DNA of 64,000 nucleotides, from the IMG/VR virus record IMGVR_UViG_3300032038_000060, positions 8,820-72,819 of that record, one strand, 5' to 3'. Of the stretch, positions 9,302-16,668 are shown piece by piece. Each line of letters starts with the position of its first letter. Position 1 is the first letter of the stretch. The position numbers and the translations under genes were made by a program. The notes under the pieces are model-generated. The model worked only from the letters and a program-made list of their open reading frames with translations. It was not told the DNA's origin and did no database searches. Source of the stretch: a virus (Duplodnaviria; Caudoviricetes).

Positions 9302-10165
9302 TTATTTACCCCATTTCTTTAAATATTCATTAGCGAGTGCAATGAAATCATCGGTAGCGCGTCCACGTCCTTTGCGATAAGAGAATATGTCATGACACAT
9401 ACCAGGCTGATTGTCAAAGTCTCTGTCTTGCGAGTTAGGAACATCGTTGGTTCTGCTGATAACGGTCTTAAACACATCGCCCTCTGCGCGTAGAGCTTCT
9501 TCATAACTCTTAGCGCTGTTCAGACGGGAATCCTTCTTGGTTAACAGAACACCATGTATCTGAAGGTTCGGATTAGAGACCTTCTTTATCTTCATTATCT
9601 TACCGATTGTCTCTACATAGCCATCCACTGCCAGCGGTTCAAGTTCTACTGGTATTATTATTCCCGTAGCTGCACACACGACATTAACGGTTACACGCGA
9701 CATCGCAGGCTGTGTGTCGATGAAGACAAAATCGAAAGCACTCTCCCACTCTTTCAGACCTTCGCCTGTATGGTCGTCAATAGGCTCGGCGAAAAGAGAT
9801 TTCAGAACACGTACAGGGTCTGTCACTTTTGTGCTGTTGAGATAGACATCTGCATCTGCCATATTCTTTGAGGATGGAGTAAAATACAGTCCTATTTCAT
9901 TACGATATACCGGAATGTTTGCACCAAGACAGATAGCATTGAAAATGGTGGGCTCTCCTGGATTGTCTTTCGTCCCCTCGCGAGCCATATCCCATCCTGC
10001 CGATACAGAGAGATTACATTGTGGGTCAGTGTCTATAATAAGCACCTTGTAACCTTGCTTACTGATGGCTGCTGCCAGATTAAGTGTTGTTGTGGTCTTT
10101 CCTGCCCCACCCTTACTGTTGCTCACGGCGACAATGTGCCTGAGATGTGTTTCTTTCTTTTTCAT
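9302..10165 (-). CDS. parA: ParA partition ATPase
   Basis: Deviant Walker A KGGAGKTT, IDTDPQCNL, FVFIDTQP. Confidence 0.9.
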   Translation of the reverse strand: MKKKETHLRHIVAVSNSKGGAGKTTTTLNLAAAISKQGYKVLIIDTDPQCNLSVSAGWDMAREGTKDNPGEPTIFNAICLGANIPVYRNEIGLYFTPSSKNMADADVYLNSTKVTDPVRVLKSLFAEPIDDHTGEGLKEWESAFDFVFIDTQPAMSRVTVNVVCAATGIIIPVELEPLAVDGYVETIGKIMKIKKVSNPNLQIHGVLLTKKDSRLNSAKSYEEALRAEGDVFKTVISRTNDVPNSQDRDFDNQPGMCHDIFSYRKGRGRATDDFIALANEYLKKWGK

Positions 10166-10224
10166 TGTTGTAGCTTTTAAAAATGAGTAAAATATTTTTT
10201 TAATAATAATATTTCCTTATTATT

Positions 10225-10720
10225 ATGCAACCGCACAACTGCATAATACCATAGTTCCATAACTGTGCAACTATTCAATTTTACCTATTCTAAAATATGC
10301 ATCTGCACATTTATGCATGTATGTAACTATGCGATTATGTAGCCGCACAGCTGCACAATAACGAACCCACACATATTTGCGGTTGCATAACCACACAAGT
10401 ACACAACTGCGCATATATGTAGTAATGCGGTTGCAGAAATGCCTAACTGTGCAAATGTGCAAATATGTAATTACTTGTCTGTATAGTTGCACACATGTGC
10501 AGTTATGCGGTTCTGCAAATTTAATATTGCGTGGTCGCATACTTGTGCTTTTGTGCAGTTGTGCAACTCTGCGATTACATAAACTATATTCCGATGATGG
10601 GAAATTATATTCCTTCGTCGTCCCTAAGCTGGGTATATCCATAGTGTTGTCTTATTTGTTGTAGCTGGTGCAAAGGTATGCATAATTTTGCAACTGCACA
10701 ACTTTGCAACTGCAAACGTG
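10225..10720. repeat. Tract of degenerate TGCACA/TGTGCA repeats, candidate parS centromere
   Basis: Many TGCA(A/C)-core units, often with an ~8-bp period (e.g. TGCAACTGCACAACTTTGCAACTGCA), upstream of parA. Smaller patch at 9246-9285. Confidence 0.55.
10671..10678 (-). promoter_or_regulatory. -7 element of the probable par promoter
   Basis: TACCTTTG followed by CACCAGCTACAACA, nearly the same 5' leader as rep. Confidence 0.55.
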
Positions 10721-10963
10721 TATAATTTTAAGTTTTTTTAATGATTCAGGTCTGCCCACTGGCTTTGCCGAGCGCGTTTTGATTTTACTTTGCCCACTGG
10801 CTGCGCCGAGCGCTATTCGCACCTCAGGAATAAATAACGGCAACCTTGCAGGTTTTACATCAATTCTTTAATCATCAACTGATGCGAGCATCGTTGAATG
10901 CTTCAAGATTTATTGTATTGTTGTTTCACAACATTGTCGTTATTTATTCCGTTCGGTTTGTCT

Positions 10964-10997
10964 GCCCTTGCATTGTGAAAGCTGCTATTGTATATTG
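10964..10997 (+). promoter_or_regulatory. Putative phage late promoter
   Basis: GCCCTTG-N20-TATATTG. Confidence 0.7.
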
Positions 10998-11024
10998 CAC
11001 GAAAAAACAAAAATCAGGTTTGAT

Positions 11025-12215
11025 ATGGTAGTTAAAATCGGAAATAGTGAATACCTGAAGCGGGTGAATAATATGACCGCTGTGGAGAAGGAAGAGTATC
11101 TGAGCAGGGTAGGGGAGTGGCTGAAGGAGCAGGCTCCGTTGCTTGTGCCTAAGATGGAGGAAGAGACTGCGCGGTTTCAGAACGTCATTCAGTGCAGTGT
11201 AGGATGGAACGATGCGGAGTGCAATGCTTGGACGGATGGTGTACGTCTGCTGACGGCGTATGCTGCTACTGGTGAGACTTGGCTGCCGGACATGCTGTAT
11301 GTGAAAGCGGCAAAGAGAAGCATCAGGAGGATGGTGGACATACTGCAAGCGGCTGTGATACCTCTTCGTGTGGTAAATGAAGTTGCAGAAGTTGATACCG
11401 GAAATGAGACAATTACCGAAGAACAGCGGCAACGCATTCTCCAGAAATACGGGGAGGCAAAAGAGGACCCTGCGGAGGAAACCAGCAAGGCAACGCAGGA
11501 TGTCGCTTCCTTTCAGGCTGATGCCAGTAATGGCGATATCGCTGGCGGGGATAAGGACGGAGAAGCGAAGGTAAACGATAACCTTAACGTTAACGATAAC
11601 AAACCTGAAACCAGGAACCTGAAACCAGAAACTAAGATGGTGCCGGTGCGTCCGAAGCACATTGACCAGTATGTGCATTTGTTGCCGAAGAAAACGCAGG
11701 AGAGGGCGGCGATGGTGCAGAGTTTATTGCGTGAACTTGATATGGCACGTGAAAATGAGCGTAAGCTGATGGATAACAATGCGCACCCTGACACTATAGC
11801 ACAGTGGGCTAAGATGGCTACCAATATCGACAATAAACTGAAGTCTATCTATCAGGAGCTGGACGACGAATGGGAACGTCTGGCAAAGAGCGGCAGGGTG
11901 ACTGTTGATGATTTTGGGAATGCGCACGTGGTTCCTGGCGAAAACGATAACGAAAACGATAACGAAAACGATAACGTTAACGAAAAGGCTGAGTTGACGC
12001 CGGAGCAGAGGGAGAGACGTCGTAATCTGAGAAAGTGGCTTACTGACACTCGCAGGGGTAATGGTGCTGCACGTGAGGAGCGTGTAAAGAAGTGGCGCGA
12101 GAACTTTGCGGAGTATCTAACTCTGGAGGGTGATACTGCCTTCAAGGATGAGAAGATTATCGAGGCGGCGGAGCATTATGGGATAGACATGGAAGATGTA
12201 AGAGGTAAGATGTAA
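11025..12215 (+). CDS. Hypothetical protein, first gene of the rightward morphogenesis/lysis operon
   Basis: Long ORF. Start moved to the ATG at 11025 behind the late motif. In-frame KPETRNLKPET and NDNE repeats. Confidence 0.75.
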   Translation: MVVKIGNSEYLKRVNNMTAVEKEEYLSRVGEWLKEQAPLLVPKMEEETARFQNVIQCSVGWNDAECNAWTDGVRLLTAYAATGETWLPDMLYVKAAKRSIRRMVDILQAAVIPLRVVNEVAEVDTGNETITEEQRQRILQKYGEAKEDPAEETSKATQDVASFQADASNGDIAGGDKDGEAKVNDNLNVNDNKPETRNLKPETKMVPVRPKHIDQYVHLLPKKTQERAAMVQSLLRELDMARENERKLMDNNAHPDTIAQWAKMATNIDNKLKSIYQELDDEWERLAKSGRVTVDDFGNAHVVPGENDNENDNENDNVNEKAELTPEQRERRRNLRKWLTDTRRGNGAAREERVKKWRENFAEYLTLEGDTAFKDEKIIEAAEHYGIDMEDVRGKM

Positions 12216-12243
12216 GAGGTAAGAACAACAACACAAACGAGAT

Positions 12244-12759
12244 ATGACTTTTGAGAGAATAGTTAGGAAATGGTGTAAACTGTACACCCCGATGCTTGAT
12301 AGTCCCAAGAACCGTAGATTCTTCTTTACGGATTCGAGGGAGAACATGATCGAGATGGTGAAGCAGTGGAACCCCAAGATGACGCCATGTGTGGTAATGG
12401 AGGGAGTTGCAGAGGGCGGAGGTCCGCTTAGACGTCCGTCGATGAACTATCCGATATACTTCTTTGTCAGAGCGAATGATATGAAAGACGGAGATTCAAC
12501 ATGGCTGGCTGTTCAGGATGCTCTGATGCATAAGGATAATTTCCTTGCCTGGCTGCTAAAAAAGCACGAAGAGGAATTGGATGAAGGGAAGAATGACGGT
12601 GACTTCGCACGTATAAACCTTGACGATGCACAGCAGGACATTATGACTATCGGTCCTATTGGTGACGGATGGTATGCAATTCTGCTGCAGATTGATCGTG
12701 AGGAGCCTCTGAATCTGTGTGTGGATCCGAATTTGTATATAGAAGAGGAGGAGTGTTGA
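12244..12759 (+). CDS. Hypothetical virion protein (possibly tail completion)
   Basis: 171 aa in the late operon. Function guessed from size and context only. Confidence 0.5.
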   Translation: MTFERIVRKWCKLYTPMLDSPKNRRFFFTDSRENMIEMVKQWNPKMTPCVVMEGVAEGGGPLRRPSMNYPIYFFVRANDMKDGDSTWLAVQDALMHKDNFLAWLLKKHEEELDEGKNDGDFARINLDDAQQDIMTIGPIGDGWYAILLQIDREEPLNLCVDPNLYIEEEEC

Positions 12760-12760
12760 C

Positions 12761-12869
12761 GGTTTGACTTCGTCGATACTCCCAAGTTCTCCCAGTTCTG
12801 TCTAAGCCTCTTCGCAGAAGCAACATCGGCTTGACATCACTGGTCGCTTTGGGCGCATTCAGGTTTCAA
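12761..12869 (+). repeat. 109-bp dispersed structured element, copy 2
   Basis: Identical to 5882-5990. Confidence 0.9.
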
Positions 12870-12893
12870 TTTTCAGGTTTCAAGTTTCAGGTT

Positions 12894-13046
12894 ATGAAGA
12901 AGAATTGTTTGAATTGTATGAGGGTAAAACCTCTGCTTGATGGAATTGCGAAGAAGGGTCACGGCTGTATAAATAATCCTGACATGCGTGTCAACGGACG
13001 TATGGTATGTGAGGAGTGGAAGTCGGGAGACGTGACAATAGTTTAA
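12894..13046 (+). CDS. Small Cys-containing protein (50 aa)
   Basis: MKKNCLNC..GCIN..VCEEWK. True ATG follows the heptamer run. Confidence 0.55.
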   Translation: MKKNCLNCMRVKPLLDGIAKKGHGCINNPDMRVNGRMVCEEWKSGDVTIV

Positions 13047-13079
13047 AGTTTAAAGTTTAAAGTTTAAAGTTAAAGAGTT

Positions 13080-13238
13080 ATGTATCACATGTTTAAGGAT
13101 GACCCGTGGGGAAACAAGATACCAATAATGTCGATTGCACACAAGAGTGTTGCTGATGATTTTCTTCAGAAGCACAAAGACATTATCACAAAGGTGGTGA
13201 ATGTTCCAAGCAATGTTCAATCTCTGATAGTGGTGTAG
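13080..13238 (+). CDS. Small hypothetical protein (52 aa), not in the ORF track
   Basis: ATG at 13080 to TAG at 13238 (MYHMFKDDPWGNKIPIM...), co-oriented in the operon. Confidence 0.5.
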   Translation: MYHMFKDDPWGNKIPIMSIAHKSVADDFLQKHKDIITKVVNVPSNVQSLIVV

Positions 13239-13346
13239 GTTTGACTTCGTCGATAATCCCAAGACTCCCTATAACGTCTAAGCCTCCCCACGGGGGTAAC
13301 ATCGGCTTGTCGCTATTCGGTCGCTTTGGGCTCATTCAAGTTTCAA
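13238..13346 (+). repeat. 109-bp dispersed structured element, copy 3 (diverged)
   Basis: Same length and ends. Inner hairpin CTTC/GAAG is replaced by CCCC/GGGG. Confidence 0.8.
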
Positions 13347-13356
13347 GTTTCAGGTT

Positions 13357-13704
13357 ATGGGTAGGAGGAAACAGCAGGAAGAGGAGAAGGCGCCGCAGAG
13401 TGTCACTGATATTGAGTCGCTGAAGAACAATGTCGATACGGCGGTGATGGACTTTGCGGAGAGGTATATGTCCGTGCCGAGGTTTACGGAGTTCTGCGAG
13501 GTGAAGGACCAGCGACAACTACGTGACGCTATGGGGCTGCGTGCCACAGATGCCGGAGACCCGTGGCCACAGGCAGAGAAACAGTTGTTGAGTCTGGGCT
13601 TCCATTGGCAATGGCTTGGTGGCAGCCGTGTGATGTTTCTGCAGGAGAGAGAGGACTACCAGCCTGACGACGGATGGCAGGAGGCGATACCGGTTAATGG
13701 TTAG
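13357..13704 (+). CDS. Hypothetical protein (115 aa)
   Basis: Clean ORF in the operon. Confidence 0.7.
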   Translation: MGRRKQQEEEKAPQSVTDIESLKNNVDTAVMDFAERYMSVPRFTEFCEVKDQRQLRDAMGLRATDAGDPWPQAEKQLLSLGFHWQWLGGSRVMFLQEREDYQPDDGWQEAIPVNG

Positions 13705-13748
13705 CGGTTTCAGGTTTTAAGTTTCAGGTTTCAAGTTTCAAGTGAGTT

Positions 13749-14177
13749 ATGACACCGAAAGAGAATTGCAAACGTTTTGTTTCTGCTGTGTCGAAGCGCA
13801 GCGGGATATGTAAGGCGACTGTCGAGCAGGTGCTGCCGGCAATATTTGACGAGATACGTTATCAGTTGGTAGAGGGTAAGATTCCACATGTGCCTATTGA
13901 TTCGTTCGGCACCTTTGCCATAAAAGAGATGCCGCAACGTCAGTATCACTATACTCGCGGCGGTAAGGATGAGTTGCGCATTCTGGAGGCAAAGAAGATA
14001 ATAAAGTTTGCTCCGGCACATAACCTTGCCAAAGAGGTGAAGTGTGGGGTATTTGACCCTACGCGAAGAGCATTCACCCGTCATCCTGACGACCCGATAA
14101 TCAGGCGTCGCAAGAACTTTAAGTATAAGCCTTTGATAGGAGATATACCGAAGGGGCAAGTAACGGTTATAGGTTAA
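13749..14177 (+). CDS. HU/IHF-like DNA-bending protein
   Basis: VSKRSGICKATVEQVLPAIFDEI..IDSFGTFAIKE..IIKFAPAHNL follows the HU/IHF pattern. Confidence 0.75.
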   Translation: MTPKENCKRFVSAVSKRSGICKATVEQVLPAIFDEIRYQLVEGKIPHVPIDSFGTFAIKEMPQRQYHYTRGGKDELRILEAKKIIKFAPAHNLAKEVKCGVFDPTRRAFTRHPDDPIIRRRKNFKYKPLIGDIPKGQVTVIG

Positions 14178-14209
14178 AGGTTAACGGTTAAAGATTAAAG
14201 ATATAGGTT

Positions 14210-14863
14210 ATGGAAGACAATGATTATCGCTATGATGGCGACGAACCTGTAAAGGAGATTATACGCAGATTCTTTTATGTTATGATTGTTTTTTTCTCAA
14301 CAATCATTGGGTGTCTGTTGATATGTTCGTTTTTCAGCAGCTGCAGCGCACCGAGGGAAACCTCGTACATAGAGCAGCATAAAATGGAGAGGATGATGGA
14401 ACGCATGGATTCTGTCATCAGCACAAAGACTATTATACAGCAGGATAGTGCTTGGCGTGAGTCTATCATGCGCCAGTTTGAGAGCATACGGGAAAAGAGT
14501 GACACGAGCCATACCATAGTGCTTGACTCCGCCGGAAATGTTATCAGGGAGAAAATAATTATAAACAATATCCGCGAGACAACCAGCGAGAAGGAGCGTA
14601 AGGAACGCGAAGGGATGATACACCGTATGGAGGTGATGGATTCTACTATGAATATCATGCGTCAGCAACTCAGCACTACTGACTCCCTTCTACGTTCGAG
14701 GGAAGATACAAAGATAAAGGAGGTAGAGAAAGACCTGTCATGGTGGCAACAGGCAAGGATATGGTTAGGTAATATGGTACTGATAGCACTTGTCATCGCG
14801 GCTGCGATATGGGTAGTTAAGAAGAGGACTTGGTGGCTGACGTTGATAAGGAAGATTATATAG
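14210..14863 (+). CDS. Lipoprotein with a C-terminal membrane anchor, probable spanin
   Basis: Hydrophobic signal ending FSSC (lipobox-like), coiled-coil middle, C-terminal TM (IWLGNMVLIALVIAAAIWVV). Lies upstream of the endolysin. Confidence 0.55.
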   Translation: MEDNDYRYDGDEPVKEIIRRFFYVMIVFFSTIIGCLLICSFFSSCSAPRETSYIEQHKMERMMERMDSVISTKTIIQQDSAWRESIMRQFESIREKSDTSHTIVLDSAGNVIREKIIINNIRETTSEKERKEREGMIHRMEVMDSTMNIMRQQLSTTDSLLRSREDTKIKEVEKDLSWWQQARIWLGNMVLIALVIAAAIWVVKKRTWWLTLIRKII

Positions 14864-14907
14864 TTTCAGGTTTCAGGTTTCTGGTTTCAGGTTTCAAGTT
14901 TTAGGTT

Positions 14908-15174
14908 ATGAAGACTTTAGCATTATCAGAATTGCGCCGTGTTGCTGAGCGCTTTGACGCTAAGCATGAGCGCATACCGTGGAAGGTTTGGTATGTGGCG
15001 GCCAGTAATGGCGACTGCATAAGGGGTGAGGCGTGTGTCACTATTGCAGTTGATGTTAATGGTCCGGGAGCTTTTCCTTCACGGCTGGTACAGTTTACCG
15101 CCAGCGGACAGACACGCCGCCTGCGCGACTGCTGCATACTGAGGGCGGACGATTTTATACTGAGGGTGTTATAA
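14908..15174 (+). CDS. Hypothetical protein (88 aa)
   Basis: Clean ORF between heptamer runs. Confidence 0.65.
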   Translation: MKTLALSELRRVAERFDAKHERIPWKVWYVAASNGDCIRGEACVTIAVDVNGPGAFPSRLVQFTASGQTRRLRDCCILRADDFILRVL

Positions 15175-15236
15175 CGGTTAACGGTTAAAGGTTAACGGTT
15201 AAAGGTTAGAGATTTTAAAAAAAAAATATAAAGACT

Positions 15237-15965
15237 ATGACTATCTACAAAGAGGGTTCAAGTAATCGAACCATAAATAAATTGATACAGAAAGCAGTGG
15301 GGGCTTATCCCGATGGTGTATGGGGGCCTATCACGACAGAATGTCTGAAGGCATGGCAGAGAGAAAATAATCTGACTCCAGATGGTATAGCGGGTCCGGC
15401 CACTTTAGCCAAGATGGGACTTGCGGCAACGAGCACATCTTCTTCCCAAAACTCTTCAACAATAAAGCATGCTGACCTTATACTGAAAAAATCGAAGCGA
15501 CGTATTGACTACATTGCCGTGCATTGTACCGCCTCACGTGAAGGTCAGGCAATGACGGTGGAGGAGATACGCAAGAACCATCGGGCACAAGGATGGAGTG
15601 ATATAGGGTATCACTACGTAATAACACTTGACGGCAGCGTACATCTGGGGCGCGACGTGGATATTGCAGGCTCTCACGTGAAGGGTTATAATGCCAATTC
15701 TATCGGCGTAGTATATGTCGGTGGACTTGAAAACAAAACCAATGTGCCGTATGTTCAGCTGAAGCCAAAGGATACACGCACAGAGGCGCAGAAGGCGGCG
15801 CTGCTGTCGCTGCTGATGGATTTAAGGAAGTTATATCCCAAGGCAAAGATACAGGGGCACAGGGATTTTTCGCCCGATAAAAACCATGACGGGATTATCT
15901 CTGCCGATGAATGGATAAAGGATTGTCCGTGCTTTGATGCGAAGAAGGAATATAGGGATGTTTAA
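15237..15965 (+). CDS. Endolysin: peptidoglycan-binding domain plus N-acetylmuramoyl-L-alanine amidase (Amidase_2)
   Basis: DGVWGPIT / DGIAGPAT PG-binding repeats; IAVHCTAS, DIGYHYVI, SIGVVYVGG, GHRDF, KDCPCF. Confidence 0.9.
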   Translation: MTIYKEGSSNRTINKLIQKAVGAYPDGVWGPITTECLKAWQRENNLTPDGIAGPATLAKMGLAATSTSSSQNSSTIKHADLILKKSKRRIDYIAVHCTASREGQAMTVEEIRKNHRAQGWSDIGYHYVITLDGSVHLGRDVDIAGSHVKGYNANSIGVVYVGGLENKTNVPYVQLKPKDTRTEAQKAALLSLLMDLRKLYPKAKIQGHRDFSPDKNHDGIISADEWIKDCPCFDAKKEYRDV

Positions 15966-15998
15966 TGGTTTCAAGTTTCAAGTTTCAGGTTTCAAGTT

Positions 15999-16649
15999 AT
16001 GGCACAGGTCAGTACTATACCGCAGCAGTTGATGACGTCGGCTCTGCTGCATTTCCAGAACGGCGTACCTATTGACGATTGCAACTGCCGGGCGGAGCAC
16101 AAGCGCCGTCTGGCAAGGGTGAGTCATGTATATTGGCAGTGGGTGAGAAACCCTTTCCTTGATGCGTTTGCTATGTTCAAGCAACTGTCGAAAGGTAAAT
16201 ATGCTGACGTACAGAGTGCATGGCGAGTGGCGCAGAAAGATAAGATTCTGTTTGACTTTGTGGTAGATAATGTTTCGCCGTCATCACGTAAGCAGGATGA
16301 AGCGAAGGTAAGGTTTGCTGCAGAGCAGGCTATGAGGATAGGTGCGGAGACGGACAACCCTGATGCACTCGTAAAAGGTGGCAGGTTATTGTCAGACGTA
16401 GCCCATTTGAAAGATCCTGAGAGCGAGAACAGGGATATGAGCAAGGCAGTGTTCCTACCACCTGTAGTTACAACGAGCGCACACGAGGTGGATGATACTA
16501 AGGAGGATATGAGTGACAAGCAGTCTTTGGCTATCATGGATAAGTATAATGCCTATGTCGATGAGAAGCGTAAGATGATTGATGACAGAGTGTCCGTCAT
16601 GGAAGCAGAATCGGTAGTGATTCTCCAGAATGACGACATAACGGAATAA
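15999..16649 (+). CDS. Probable terminase small subunit
   Basis: Helical 216-aa protein immediately upstream of terL. Positional inference. Confidence 0.45.
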   Translation: MAQVSTIPQQLMTSALLHFQNGVPIDDCNCRAEHKRRLARVSHVYWQWVRNPFLDAFAMFKQLSKGKYADVQSAWRVAQKDKILFDFVVDNVSPSSRKQDEAKVRFAAEQAMRIGAETDNPDALVKGGRLLSDVAHLKDPESENRDMSKAVFLPPVVTTSAHEVDDTKEDMSDKQSLAIMDKYNAYVDEKRKMIDDRVSVMEAESVVILQNDDITE

Positions 16650-16668
16650 CGATATAACGACAAGTATA

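Noticed and set aside
10271-10664. Overlapping Cys-rich ORFs on both strands
   Set aside because: The Cys, His and Val content is a translation of the TGCACA repeat tract.
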